From the NCBI RefSeq assembly GCF_009914755.1, contig NC_060926.1: a DNA stretch of 64,000 nucleotides; one strand, 5' to 3'. Source of the DNA: the human T2T-CHM13v2.0 reference genome, Homo sapiens. The position numbers and the translations under genes were made by a program. Below the pieces are notes generated by a model that was not told the DNA's origin, made no database searches, and worked only from the letters and a program-made list of their open reading frames with translations. Shown here piece by piece: positions 40,141-55,189 of the stretch (within the stretch, counting starts at the first letter, position 1; every line of letters begins with the position of its first letter).

Positions 40141-40798
40141 GTTATTTAACCTGCATTATTTTATAATCAACCAATATTTTTTGTACTAAAATTAACCACA
40201 AGCACTGATCGACTGAATGAGGAACGAACATTAAGGCAGCCCCTACATAACCTGATTCCTGGTCCTCGGAATCTCCACCCCAGGTCTTTTGTCCTCTTCT
40301 CATCATTTTTTTGGTTAGTCAGTCAAAAAGTAAAGCAAATATCAGGGATTTATGTGCCCCGTGCTACATTGAGAGAGAGAATGTAAGTTCTCAGCCTTGA
40401 AACCCATGATTACATGGCAGGAAGCAAGAATTGCCTCAATGGAACCACTGGGAGTGGAGGACACAGCGAAACACACAACGCCAGGTGAGTGGCATCAAAG
40501 CACTGAGCTGGAGGGGCAGAGCCCAGTGAGCGGCTCTGGCATCTGGCTGATCATTGGACAAGGAAAAGATGGGAACTTCAGGGGCAGAAGCCTGAGGAGG
40601 CAACACAATGGTGATAGAAGAGGAGGGAGACCAGCATGGGCTCGCAGGACATACAGGAGCAAAGCCGGCCATGCCGTGCAGGGAAAGTGATCCTTTACAA
40701 ACTTCCTGAATTTTGATTTAGGAGTAAATTGGATTCTGGAGTAAAACCTGAGCAGTGAAGCTGCAGAGACAAGTGAGAGAGGTAGGAAAACAATCATG

Positions 40799-41259
40799 TG
40801 TGGCGGGCAGAAGTATCCTCCCAAAGATGTCCATGGCTTCATCTGCAGAACCTCCTGATGTGTTCCCCTCACATGACAAAGGGACTTTGCAACCGAGACT
40901 AAGGGCATAGATTTGGGTTGGGGAGATTCTCTTGGATTATCAGGCAGGCTGAGTCTAATCACAGGAGTCTTTAAAAACAGAGGACCTTTTTCGTCCATAA
41001 TTAGAGCAGGCCACAGAGGAAGGGTCAGAGACTGCAACACTGCTGGCTTTGTAGATAGAGGGAGGCGGCCTCTAGAAGCCGGAAAAGGCAAGGAAACAAG
41101 TTCTCTCCTAGAGCCTCCAGGAGGAGCACAGCCCTACCCACACCCTGCGAGACCTGTGTCAGGCTCCCGATCTACAGAACTGTAAGACACTAAATTTGTG
41201 TCATTCTAAGCTGCTCAGTTTGTGGTGTTTTATAATGGCAGTGACAGAAAACTAATGCA
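40799..41259 (+). mobile_element. MLT1C-like MaLR solo LTR
   Basis: TGTGGCGGGCAGAA...CCCAAAGATGTCCA...CCTAGAGCCTCCAGGAGGA...GAAAACTAATGCA. Confidence 0.8.
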
Positions 41260-41679
41260 GGCTGTGTTCTTCCTGAGAATGAATGCATATGACTGCCCCT
41301 GCTCATAGGGAAATGCAACCAAGCCTGCACAGTCAGTGAGGACATTGGAAGTGGTTTCTCACAGCCAGTTCTCATGAAGATCCCTGAGTAATGGGAAAGA
41401 CCTGGCCTGACATCCATACACAGTGCAGTGTGTCTCTTAAGTCCTGAATGTTTCTGCAGATTGTGACACTTTGGGGCTTACATTAGAGGAAGGGTGGGCA
41501 GTTCCCAATGCCTCAGGCATTGTAGGTTCCGAGGTGGGTGGCCTGAGGACCTGCCACTTTTTAAAGTGAGGATCAGGAATGTGATGGGCTATCTTCCACT
41601 GCCACGAGGAAGCACGGAAGCTGGGAGTTCCCTCAACTACAGAAGATGTTCCTCTCCCAAATTAAGCATTCATAATGAG

Positions 41680-42402
41680 CATCTTGTCCACTTTATGTTG
41701 CTATAAGAGAATACCACAGATGGGGTAATTTATAATGAACAGAAATTTATTTGACTTATGGTTCTGGAGGCTGGGAAATTCGACAGCATGGCACCAGCAT
41801 CTGGTAAGGGTTGTGTCCTCCCATGCAGAAGGTGGATGATATAGTTTGGATCTGTGTCCCCACCCAAATCTCATGTTCAATTGTAATCCTCACTGTTGGA
41901 GGAGGGGTCAGGTGGGAGGTGATTGGGTCATGGGGGTGGATTTCCTCCTTGCTGTTCTTGTGATAGTGAGTTCTCACAAGATCTGGTTGTGTAAAACTGT
42001 GTAGCACCTCCCCCTTCGCTCTCTTCCTCCTGCTCCAGCCATATAGGATGTGCCGGCTTCCCCTTCACCTCCTGCCGTAATTATAAGCTTCCTGAGGCCT
42101 CCCCAGCCAAGCTTTCTGTGGAACCATGTGCCAATTAAACATCTTTTCTTTATAAATTACCCAGTCTCAGGTAGTTCTTTATAGCAATGTGAGAATGGGC
42201 TTATACAGTAGGAGAGCAAGAGAGAGTGAATTCAAGTCAAACTTGCTTGGATAACAAACCCACCCTCCACTAAGCTTCCTCCCAAATAACAACAGAGTCC
42301 CCATGACCTAATCAGCTCTTAAAAGTCCCACCTCTCAACACTGCTTCACTGGGGATTAAATTTTCAACACATGAGTGTTGGGGGACACAGATGGGCCACA
42401 GC
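41680..42402 (-). mobile_element. MST-type LTR (outer, - strand) interrupted by an MSTA-like LTR
   Basis: Outer halves at 41680-41836 and 42208-42402 are contiguous in reverse MST order. Confidence 0.7.
41837..42207 (+). mobile_element. MSTA-like solo LTR (inner)
   Basis: TGATATAGTTTGGATCTGTGTCCCCACCCAAATCTC...GAGAATGGGCTTATACA. Confidence 0.85.
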
Positions 42403-43139
42403 AATGAAGTTCCATGCCTGACTGGGGTTAACAGGTGACAGCAGTTTGGTCTGCCTAACAGGCTGCCGTATCCCAGGGTCTAGCACAGTGCCTGGCACAT
42501 GGTAAGCAGGCAATACATGTGTTGAGTGTGTGAATAAATGCACTGGACTGGATCAGACCTTCATGAGCACTGAGTTCCTGCCCTAGACAGGCTCCAGGAG
42601 GGGCCACAGGGTCCTGCATCAGGGATGCTGCAGAGGAAGAACTTCCTGCACGAGATGGAAGCTCAAGCTCCAATTCACTCCTCAAGGCCCTTTCCATCCA
42701 AATTCTAGCCGCACAGCCCACCTGAGATTTTTGCCATGACCTGAGGTGACATTCGAATGAGTCCTGGAGCCCAGCAAACACTGTGCACCCCGGGTGCTGG
42801 TGTAAGATGAGCATAAGGAGCTCAGGTGCGGGGAGAGGTGCCACCACAACTGAGCACCGTGCAAGTCAGCGTGTGTGCCACGCAGGAGTAAAGACTGTGC
42901 TGCAAGAATGTGGACCATGGGTGATTCATCCTGAGTTTGGTTTTGACCTTGCTTCAGACACATAACGGCTGGCACAGTAGCTAGCTGAGATTCTCACGTG
43001 AGTGTTCTAGGCCTTAGAGGTCCAGGTGAATCTGGGCTCAGTCTTTCCAGACTCACCTGTGCTACAAGCCCATGCTTATATTCCAGTCCACAGACCACAA
43101 TAGAGTTGATTCATGCAGCTTCCCTGAGGAAACATGCCT

Positions 43140-43141
<2 letters not shown>

Positions 43142-43183
<42 letters not shown>
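43142..43183. repeat. (GT)n microsatellite (~21 units)
   Basis: Direct read. Confidence 0.95.
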
Positions 43184-43184
<1 letters not shown>

Positions 43185-43223
43185 GAAAGCAAAGCACTTT
43201 TTTTTTCTTTATAGTTCATCCAC

Positions 43224-43491
<268 letters not shown>

Positions 43492-44320
43492 TGACCTGCC
43501 ATCACTGTTGGTCACACAGACCAACCGTGGTATGTAGGGTGTGGGCTGTGAACAGCAGGAGACAGGGAGGCCATCTTGGAGGCTGGCCACCACAGGTATT
43601 TTTATGAAAAACGTCGGGCTATGGAATGGAATGGAATCAGGACCAGGCCGGATGTCCTGGATTCCTTCACTGCTGATGGAAATCCGCCTAGACACCCCAT
43701 AATCACGAGCAAGTGCTATATCCCGTAGGTCTCACAAGTAGGAAATGCCTCTTTAAGAAATGGCTAACTTCCTACTGCAGACACCATTTTAAATGCTCTG
43801 CAGAAACATTTGGTGGAAATGGCAGAGATAATTTTGGCCATGCAACTCCTCCAGGCATATCTTGCTTTGTCACTAAAACTCTCGATTTAGGAATTATGCT
43901 GGCATTCCCTCCAGCTGCTGAAATGTCTAGATGTCAATGGTTTATATGTGTCTTTTTTAGTTATAGCCAAGATATTTCAAACTTATCTACTAGATCACAA
44001 TTAACTTGGTTTTTTTAACCCAAGAAACTAGCAATATTAAGTGACCACATATTGTGGATATCATAACTCATTAGAGCCTTTTACTTTTTCCAAGTATTAT
44101 CCCAGCTGATTGAAACACCTATCCGTGGGAACTTGAGCTGACGTAGATAATAATATAGTATTTCTGCTTCTACAATGGCAGGGAGAATTTTGGCGTATCT
44201 AGAAGATATGTATTTTTATTATATATTATATATAATATATATTATATTATTAAATATGATATATATTATTTTGTCATATATAGTCTATCAGATATGTCCA
44301 AATTCTCCTTGCCATTATGA

Positions 44321-44670
<350 letters not shown>

Positions 44671-44696
44671 AGAAAACCGTACTATTAAATGTTTTG

Positions 44697-45013
44697 TGCC
44701 AGGCCTGGTGGCTCATGCCTGCAATCCCAGCACTTCAGGAGGCTGAGGTGGGAGGATTGCTTGAGCAATCCTGAGCGAGTTTGAGGATAGCCTGGAGAAC
44801 CTGGTAAAATCCTGTCTCTACAAAAAAAAAAAAAATACAAAAATTAGCCAGGCATGGTGGTGTGTGCTTGGAGTCCCAGCTACTCAAGAGGCTGAGGTAG
44901 GAGGATGACCTGAGCCCAGGGAAGTTGAGGCTGCAGTGAGCCCTGATTGTACCACTGCTCTCCAGTCTGGGTCATAGAATGAGACCCTGTCCCACTCAAA
45001 ACAAAACAAAACA
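44697..45013 (+). mobile_element. Alu (AluJ-like)
   Basis: Dimer with (CAAAA)n tail. Confidence 0.88.
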
Positions 45014-46159
45014 AGTTCTGCTCTTGAAATGATTATCCTAAGAATAAGCAGAATGAAAAGGTGAAATGAGTTTCGAGGTCTAAATGCCAAGGATACAGTT
45101 CAGGAGTTTTGTACCCCTCCCTGCCTTATGCATGAAGCTTTTTTGTGGGGAATTCTTTTAATTACTGGAAGCATACACGCAGCTGATGGCATTCTTCAAT
45201 CTCACAATTGAAGGTTACACCTTCACGCCTAGTGCTTGGTCAATGTGGACAAAAGAAGCCACGTTCTGGAAATGTTGAAGATGCCACGGGCCATTTCCAC
45301 ACGTTTCAGCCTAGGAAGGTGGTCGTCTTTTGGTAACATCTAGATAGAAAAAGCGAGGCACTTGAATCCTAAATCTTATGTTGATATGCAATCCAAAAAT
45401 AGCATATATTGAAGATTTTTATATACTTCAACATTTTCCGTGGAAGGCCTTTATATTCTTAGTTATAGGCAAGAGCCCAAGATTTCTGAGATTCCACAGC
45501 CAAATCATCAGTGAAATAGAAAGAAAAAAACACTCTTACTGGAAGCCACATGCAAGAGACGGTGACAGTGTCGGGAAAGAACGCCATTTCTATTTTTTAC
45601 ATCTCTTTCACTATAGTAAGGGTGTGAATTTTAACTGACATTTTCCAACTAAGTGAAAATCACTGTGGGTTGGGGGAGGTGAATGGAGGCAATTAGATAC
45701 CAAAAGAAGCTGAAGGCCTCAGTGTTGAAGGAAAATTCCTACTTGATTTCAAATGTTTTCCACCAAGACAGTTTCCTGCCCTATGCTAACCCCACAGAAG
45801 CAACGTTAGACACAAAGCTGGTGACAGCGGTGGTAGCGATCGCGGCTGTTGGCATCTTACCCCTTTCTCTGCTGTTCCCTGTGAGGTGCAAGCGAGCGTT
45901 TGCAAAACCTGGCGCTCAGTCTCACTGGAAGCAAAAGAAGGGATCCTTTCAGCTCCATTCCGCAATCTATAACCCCCTCTCCTGCCCTAGATGTGCAGCT
46001 CTTGAAAATCAAGCTGAGACACATCCAGCGTGGAGCAGAGGTCTTTTTCCATTTCATTTCCTGCCACGAGGGAATCAGTCCGTAGGAGGCATTTGTCTTC
46101 CTTCTCCCTACAGTGATCTGTGGCCGTTTATACATCTGTGGCTGCAAAAGTATTTCTGG

Positions 46160-47180
46160 CCCCACATGCTCTTCTAGAACCTTGCCACCACTCCTGCAAC
46201 AGGAGCGAGGCGTCTCTGTCTTTTGCCCTTGAAGCCGAGCTGGACTTCGTGATTGCCTCCACTAGGATGTGTGAACCCCGAATATTGGAGACGGGTCTCC
46301 ATTAATTTAGAAAGTTTATTTTGCCCAGATTGAGGATGTGCACCCATGACACAGCCTCAGGAGGTCCTGATGACATGTGCCTAAGGTCATCAGAGCATGG
46401 TTTGGTTTTATACATTTTAGGGAGACGTGAGACATCAACCCACATTCCTAAGAGGAACATTGGTTCGGTCCAGAAAGGCGAGAAAACTCAAAGCAAATGC
46501 GGGATGACTCGAAGCGGGGAGGGGGCTTCCGGGTCATAGGTAGATAAGAGACAAAAGGTCGCATCTTTTGAGTTTCTGATGAGCTTCTCCAAAGGAGGCA
46601 GTCAGATATGCATTTATTCCAGTGAGCAGAGAGGTGACTTTAAATAGACAGGGAGGCAGGTTTGCCCTACGCAGTTTCCAGCTTGACTTTTCCCTTTAGC
46701 TTAGTGATTCTGAGGCCCCAAGATGTATTTCCCTTTCACAGATGCAAAGAAAGGAAGTGACCCTCTGTGCCTTCCAAGATTAGGTCTTAAAAGGTAATAT
46801 GACCTCTGCCTGGTTCTCTTTCTCTGGACGTTCCAAAAATCGTTTATTTGGCATACAGACACCATTTTGTGAGGAAGCCCAGGCTGCAGAAAGAGACCAT
46901 GAGTAGGGGTTGCCACCAGTAGCTGCCATCCCCGCTGACAGCCACCGCCACCCATCAGACGCCTGTGTGAGGAAGCCTTTGAGTTGTCTCCAGCCCTGGC
47001 CACCACCTGACCACACCTGCCTAAAAGACCTGAGCAAGAACACCTGGCTGAGGCCAGTGACCCCAGAACTGTAGAACTATAAGGAAAAAATACTTACAAT
47101 AACTGTCTACAATAAAATATGTACTTGTTGTTTTATGCCATTCTATATTTCTTACACAGCAACTGATAACCTGAACATGA
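46160..47180 (+). mobile_element. MLT1-type LTR interrupted by a MER4A-like LTR
   Basis: MLT1 motifs (GTGAGGAAGCCCAGG, CCCAGAACTGTAG, CAGCAACTGATAAC) on both sides of the insert. Confidence 0.65.
46270..46740 (-). mobile_element. MER4A-like ERV1 solo LTR
   Basis: TG...CA termini; reverse begins TGTGAAAGGGAAATACATCTTGGGGCC; 4-bp TSD GATG at 46266-46269 and 46741-46744. Confidence 0.85.
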
Positions 47181-47209
47181 TCTGAAAAGGTAAAAGATCA
47201 AACAGTTTA

Positions 47210-48740
47210 GAATTATACTCTTCAAACATTTTTGTTTATGTAATCCCCTTATAGGATTTTTAAAAACCGTATATCTGCTCCCACGTTTTTAAGTTTGTTC
47301 CCGGACCAAACCGAGGGTCGGGCTGCTAATTCTTGCAGCCCAATAATGAGATGCAGATGAACTGGGAGAGAAGGGAGTTTTAATTTCTGTACCCAGTTAC
47401 AGGGAGAAGGCCTGGAAATTATCTCCAAGCCAACTCAAAATTACAGAGTTTTCCAGAGTTTTCCAGAGCTTATATACCTTCTAAGCTATATGTATACATG
47501 TAAGTGTGCATTTATCTAAAGACATGAGTGATTCACTTCTTTTAATCTGTAACTAAGGTCTGAGTCTTTAAGACCTTCCACTGGCGCCTCAGTAAACTTA
47601 CTTAATCTAAATGGGTCCAGGTGCTGGGATGATTGCCCTTATCTTGTCTCCTGCTAAATTACGGAGGTTTGGGGAGTTTCTTCAGACCCCCAATAAACTT
47701 GTTTCTGGAGGCCTGGGGAGTTTTTTCAGACCACCAATAAAACTTGTTTAATCCTAAATGGTTTCTGTTAAGAATTCCCTCATTATTTTGTCATGATTTA
47801 AGGCCCAGGAAAGGTCTAGGCAAAACTCTTGATGGGCTTTTGTTACACTCCAGCCTTTGTATGAGGGCACTGGCTCTCTCAGCTTTTAATGTTTGACTGA
47901 ACCACTCAGTCGGTGCCGAGACAGTTGTTATGGAGGCCTGCGTTAGTGACACCTGGCCTGCCACAAGTTGTCATCTAAAATTTTTGTTATTTTCAATGTA
48001 TGCAAAAGAAAATTTTATGCAAAATCATTACGTTAGTGTCTTAAATGCACTAACCATTTAATGTCAGCACCATTTGATAGCTGTGATCGCCCATATTTAA
48101 AATACAAGAACCATTTCTTCCTTAAGAGTCAAAAATTTCATACTGTTTTTTAATCTCTGAACTGGTGTTTCTATTCCATCTCCTCCATAGGATTTTATTC
48201 TAATGTAATACATGTTTATATTTGAAAATCATTTATTGATTACCCTATCATACTTTTGTGTAAAAAGAATATATATAAATATACAGAAATTATAGATGTT
48301 CTTATTTCCACTGATCACAAATTATTCTTCAATGCCTTACAGTTTTTATAAACATTAAGATAATATTTTATAGGCAATAAGTCCATTAATGAGATGAGTA
48401 AGACTGTTATTTACTTTTAAGTCTCGCTTATTATTTTAAGTATCCATAGATGAATATTATTTTTCTGTAGAATGAGCCAGAGTTCAACATGAATTTTATC
48501 CCTGCTTTTTTTTTATTTGTATAGATATAAATGTCAAGACAACTTACCCACATAAACAAGGAGACGGAAATGGAGGCAGCTTTGATGGAACGATGTCGCT
48601 GGTTCTTCCAACTTCTTCCAAATGATGTACTAGAAATCACATGGGGAACCATTAGCAATCACCATTTCAATTCTATCCAAAGACAACTCAAGTACACCTG
48701 CCTTCAATTTTACTGAGTAGTAAAAGAATTTGAAATTGAT
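47210..48740 (-). mobile_element. Probable decayed hAT-Charlie element hosting the ERV1 LTR
   Basis: TIR-like TCTTCAAACATTTTTG; AT-rich body; decayed transposase-like C-terminal sequence near 48470-48650. Confidence 0.4.
47296..47965 (-). mobile_element. ERV1-class solo LTR (subfamily not certain)
   Basis: TG...CA termini; reverse begins TGTGGCAGGCCAGGTGTCACTAACGCAGGCC; 4-bp TSD AGTT at 47292-47295 and 47966-47969. Confidence 0.8.
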
Positions 48741-48756
48741 GGTTTCAAGTTTCACC

Positions 48757-48945
48757 CATGTCCAACCCTTGGAATGCAAGGACTCTTTTGCTTATCTGTG
48801 GTGGTGGATACCACGAAAATTATGCACAGACCTTTTTTTTTTTTTTCTTAACTCATCAGCTATCGTGAGTGTTTGTGTGTTTCATGTGTGGCCCAAGACA
48901 ATTCTTCTTTCAGTGTGGCCCAGGGAAGCGAAAGGTTGGACACCC
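48757..48945 (+). mobile_element. MER30-like hAT fragment
   Basis: CTCATCAGCTATCG...TGTGTGGCCCAAGACAATTCTTCT...GGCCCAGGGAAGCGAAAGGTTGGACACCC. Confidence 0.75.
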
Positions 48946-49167
48946 ATCCTTTCCCCAGGGCTGAGTCACTCATGTTCTCCACTTCTGGGAATCATTGTAA
49001 AAAGGCCTTACCAAGATTTATCAAATGAATATTAATTTTTACCTTTTACTCTCTTATTTAAGGCCCCTGTCTAGCTGCTTATGCTCAGAAAGGATTGAGA
49101 AAATGGAAACACCGAATCATGTCAATAAGCCTTTTCCCAAAGACTGTTTTTGAAAGAATGCTTTTTA

Positions 49168-49667
<500 letters not shown>

Positions 49668-51262
49668 TCAAATAAACAAGTCAGTGATGCGTTCCTGACA
49701 GCCCTGCTGCTGTCTAATCCTAATCCCCACGGAACGCCGGGTCAGGAAGGAGCCCAGCGCCCATGGGTGCAGGCAGAGCCAGGGCCCCAGCCTTTCTCAC
49801 TGGTGCTCTGCTCACGGGGGATTCTTCCTCAAACAATAATTTAGGGAAGGAGGCGGGAAGGGCATCACACAAATACCGTCACCCTTCCTGCTGTCCCTCA
49901 GTAGTGTATCTACATTCAGAATGTCCTGACACAGGCTAAAGTAGCCCTCCTCTAACAGAAGCGTGACTGAGGCAGGGAGAGACACAAGTCCTGCCACAGC
50001 TTTCGGAGCATCTTGAAAGGAAAGGTATACAAGCCAGCCTTGTAGCCTTGTCTGATGGCCCCGGGGTTTGACCTCAGGTGAACACAGAGAGGGATTTGGG
50101 CCTGAGAGGTGAGGGGAGGGCGGGATCCCTGCAACAGGGGTGCTCCCAGGACAGCCAGCTCCTGGGAGAGAACGAGGAACAGAAGCTTGAAGACGGATCC
50201 CTCGAGCCTTCCTGCCTGTGTGCCTCCAGTTTGAAGAGCCTTGCTTCGGAACGAAGGGAGGCTCCACTTGGAGTATTAATTGTTCATCCCAGCATCTGCT
50301 GATGGCGGGAAGACACGAGCAGTGTGCTTTCTGCAAACAGCCTAAAAAGTCTTGGGGGGTTTAAGGAGTAACCATAAAGAAACGCAGCTTGGGCAGCTTT
50401 AGATGCATATGTCTTCATTTTCATTTTCATTTTTAAACAAAGTCACACATGAGCATAATTTAAAAATCCAAAGACCACTAAAGGCCCAGAATGAAAAGCA
50501 GCAGCAGTCTCTGGCCCATCCCTCTGCACCCATCAGTCTCGCTCCCCAAAGGCAACCAACTTCAGAGCTGCGGCCATTCCCCGGATTTCCCTCCGAGCAT
50601 CTAAATCAATAGTGTCCACTGCTCTTGCTCAGCAGATCGTACTTAGGCGTCCTGCATTTTCCTCCCACCACAGTGAGGTGAGCTTAGCCCTCCCCATCAT
50701 CAGACGCATACACATCCCCTCTCTCACCTTCCCAGGGTTGTAATCATAGCTGTTGTCAGACATTAGCATTTATCTCATTAAAACAGATTGAACCAAGGTA
50801 GCAAATCAAGTCCATACCTCTTTTCTTCCGTGTACCTTCCATTTTTCTGAAGCTGATTGTCGTATTTTCTCAATTGTCTTTTTTCCTGTAACCTTTAAAA
50901 AATATTTACCCCAGTTCTCCAATCCATCACCTGTTTATCAATACATTTCCATGCACGCAAACATACCAGTTTCTTGTTTTTCAGAAAGATTTCCATCCTC
51001 CTGCTTCAGCCTGGATTCCTGGCTGTTGGTATGGGAAGTCTCTCCTTGCTATAATCTTGATGTGCTTGATTATCTTGTCTTTGGGATCGCATTTCCTGGA
51101 TAATTTGTCTTCCTCTTTCTTGGTTTACTCTCCAGTTTTGCTACAGTGTACCCTCCAGCAGTTTCCTAGGAAAGGGCCATGTAAAGTAACCTATTAAAGT
51201 CATGCACACTTAAAAATGCCATTATTGTACCCTCTCACTTGACTGATACTTTTTCCTGGGTC

Positions 51263-51726
51263 TGAACCACACTCAATTGCCTCAGAGAACTGAAGTTCAC
51301 AGTCTTTTAAAATAAACATAGAAATCCACCCTCACAGTCAATTACCTTTATAATTGACAACTTCCATCCATCTTATCTGAGTTCCTTCCCCAGGAAGCCA
51401 ACTCTCAGGCCTCCCAGATAGTATCAAGGAACTGAAACTCACCAGATCACCACATCCAGACAATGAAAAGCCAGACCCCTCATTCTTTTTCATCTCCTTA
51501 CCTCTCCCCAATTCCTGTTTAGCTGCCTGTAGTTACATTCTTTCCCCGCTATGTAAGCCCTCAATTTTAGTCAATCAAGGAGATGGATTTGAGAATGAGC
51601 TCCCATCTCCTCAGCTGCAGCACCCAGTTAGAGCCTTCTTCCCTGGCAATACTTGTTGTCTCAGTGATTGACTTTCTGTGCTGGGAGCAGCAGGACCCAG
51701 ACCAAACCCCTGGTGTGTTGTTAACA
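51263..51726 (+). mobile_element. ERV solo LTR (subfamily not certain)
   Basis: TGAA...AACA termini; GAACTGAAACTCACCAGATCAC and GGATTTGAGAATGAGCTCCCATCTCC LTR motifs. Confidence 0.7.
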
Positions 51727-51846
51727 AGTAGAATATTTTAGGTTGAATGGCACTTTTCCCTCCAAATTTTAAAGGCTTGTTCTAGCATCTTCCAGCCTCC
51801 AGTGTTGCTCAGAGAAGACTCTGATGATTCCTTTATTTGTAGTTGA

Positions 51847-52360
<514 letters not shown>

Positions 52361-55189
52361 TAATGTTCTGGGATAAATCCTCCTCTCAATTTACTCTCTC
52401 TAAATCCTCTCGATTTACTCTTTTCTAGAACTGCAATTTGTTGGGTGTTGGATCTCCTAGATTGCCTAACTTAAAAAAAAAAAAAAGTTTCCCTCCTATT
52501 CTTCTTTTGTGATTTAATTCCACATTCTGGGAGATTTTCTGAACATCATCCTTTACCCTTTCTATTAAATTTTAAATTTTGCCTACCTTATCTGATTTCC
52601 AAAATTTATTTTTATTCTCTAATTGTTCCATTTTTATATATAGTATTCTGTTTGGGGGTGTAGCATCTTCTCTTAGCTCCCTGAAAATATTTATTGGATT
52701 TTTTTTTAAAGTTTTCTTCTGCTCTTTGCATTGCCTCTGTTTCCTTCAAATGTCATTTCTTTCTTTATCTTCCCCTGTTTGTTTGTTTTAGGCATTCCCT
52801 TTTATATTAGAAGCTTTCCTAGAATTTTTGATGACCCCTGGATACATTCAATCATGTAGCCAAATCAGCTCCATAGAAAACACAGCAGCTGTGTTGATGA
52901 GATGGACTTGTCAGCTGGTGGGCCTCACTGAGGCCTGGGGAGAAATACCCTGAATCCCAGGCCCAGTCTTATTCAGAACTATTCCATTTTCCTTGAGTAG
53001 AACCCCCTAGTCTTCTGCCTTAGGGATGAAGGCTGGCTGTCAGCTTCCTGAACGCAGGGTAGGGAAGCAGGACTCCCACCTCGTCAGTACTGCAGAATTT
53101 TACTTAATCCCTTTGTTTTAAAACTCGTGCCTCACCCTTCAGCCACATAACCAAGTCCTCCAGTTCTCCAAAGAATCACCGTCCTCACTCCTCCCTGCAG
53201 TGGAGCCAAGGGCATGGCCACCTGCTGTGCAGGCAGGAGCAGGGGCTCTCTCTGGCCAGGTGAAGACTTTGAGTCACCCTACCTTGTCTTATCCCCACTT
53301 TCCCCTCTTCCTCAAGGGGACGCCCCTGGGCTCCAGGTCCTTTGCAGGCCTTAGAGGCCCTGCACATCAACTGTTCTCTGGAGAACCCTTCTGCAAGCCT
53401 CTGGGATGTAGCTGCCTCCTCTGCTGAGACACTAGCCACGCCTCGTCTCCTTCCAGGCTGCTGAGCCAGTAGTGTTGAACCCTCTCACCTGCCGTCCCCG
53501 CCTTTCCTATGCCCTTTGTCCTTGTAGGTTGACGCCTGTGTCAGCAGAGAGAGGAAAGAGACGCAGGCGATCATTCTCCCGTCCTTACGTGGCAGACAGG
53601 GTTATTTGCGTAGATTGACCGAGATGAGTGTCCTGCACTCTGAAGAACCTTGGTGGCTCCTCCTTCGGAATTGATTTAAGCAGTGGTAGCATAGTGTTTT
53701 GAAGACAGTCAACGGTGGGTTGGGTTTACTGGAATTGCCCAAGGTGTTTGGATGAAGGCCTTCATTAAGCAAGGCCCTTGGCGGGACGTTCTATGGAACC
53801 AGCCCTGAATGGTGCTCAGGGGAATAGGCTTTGGGGTCGGATCTGTTTGCAGGAGACGCACATTTTCTCTTCTTGGGGTTTGTTTCAAATTTTATATTGA
53901 AAGTTCTAATAAATTATGTAACAAAGCAACCGATGTGGTTGGATTTTCTAAAGTCACGGGACCACAATCTAGTTTTTGTGTGTAACACCTGCTAACATCT
54001 TCATGAGCTAAGTGATAAATCTGCTAATAGATTTTGGCCAGAAATGGTTTCTCAGAAACCCCCCATCCACCAGGCCCCCACCATGGGAGGCCAGCAGCCG
54101 GTGGGCCCCATTCAGCTGTGCGTAGTGAAGCATCCTTCACACCCTCCAGGACATGAGCACGTTGGCAGGGATGGACTTTTCCACCTCCTGGATGGAGCAA
54201 TACACAGATGTCAGAGGAACAAAGCCATGTGCTCTTTATTTAGGATTTTGACATGTGCAGTTTTGGGGATCTTAGGAATGTTGTAATTTTCCAGGGAAAA
54301 CTCTGACACTTTGTTTCGGGGTCACAGAGAAAACACCACCTTTCATCGCCGATTAGTTTTCCTCAAACGCAGGCTATTTTTGTCCAGTTTCCTTTGAAAG
54401 ACCAGAACGAATGCTCAGCCTTATGATTTCTCCACTTGTCACTCAGCTTCATGGTACAGATCTCAGAGAGCTCACCTTGGGTTCAAGCTGTCCTTCAGCA
54501 CACGCCATGCACTCTCTCAAGTTAACCCTTCCGTCCTTCTCCCAGTACTTAGCAGTTGGCTAAATTCACGGATCTTACCTTTTTCAGGGTTCTGTAAGTG
54601 ACTGACTTCTCCCTTGGATTGTCTCTGATATCTTCTAGATCTTGTTTAATTTTAATTTCATGCCACACTCACGTTTGATGTCATTTCATTCCAAAAGTCC
54701 CTTTTTTATGTATTTAAATTTTCCCTGAACATTAGACTTCACATAAACTTGATACTAATTTCTTTGCTTCAAGTCACGGTTACTTCCTTTCTGGCTAATG
54801 CGTATTAATGCATTCTCCTAAGTTGTAGCCTTCTAGAACAAGACTAGTTTAGACAATGTTGAGATTAATGCTGCTGCACGTTGAAACAAGTTGTGACATG
54901 CTGGAGAACACTTTGAGCCTGGATTTTTAAATTTGCAAATTAAAACTGTTGGACTAGACTCCATGCCTCTGAATATTACTAAGCTCAAGGGTTCTTCTGC
55001 TTCCATAAGTTACACAAGAACATTCTTCTTAACATCATTCATTATTCTTCTCAAAAACTTTTGAGATCCAATTATGTTTTGGCCTATTGCAGCTCTTTCA
55101 GGAATAAATTCTGTTAACAAGCTCAAGTTTGCCCCTCGGCCCAGCACCTTGATGACAGCAGTGGCTGCGTGAATTAACACTTCCTTGGA

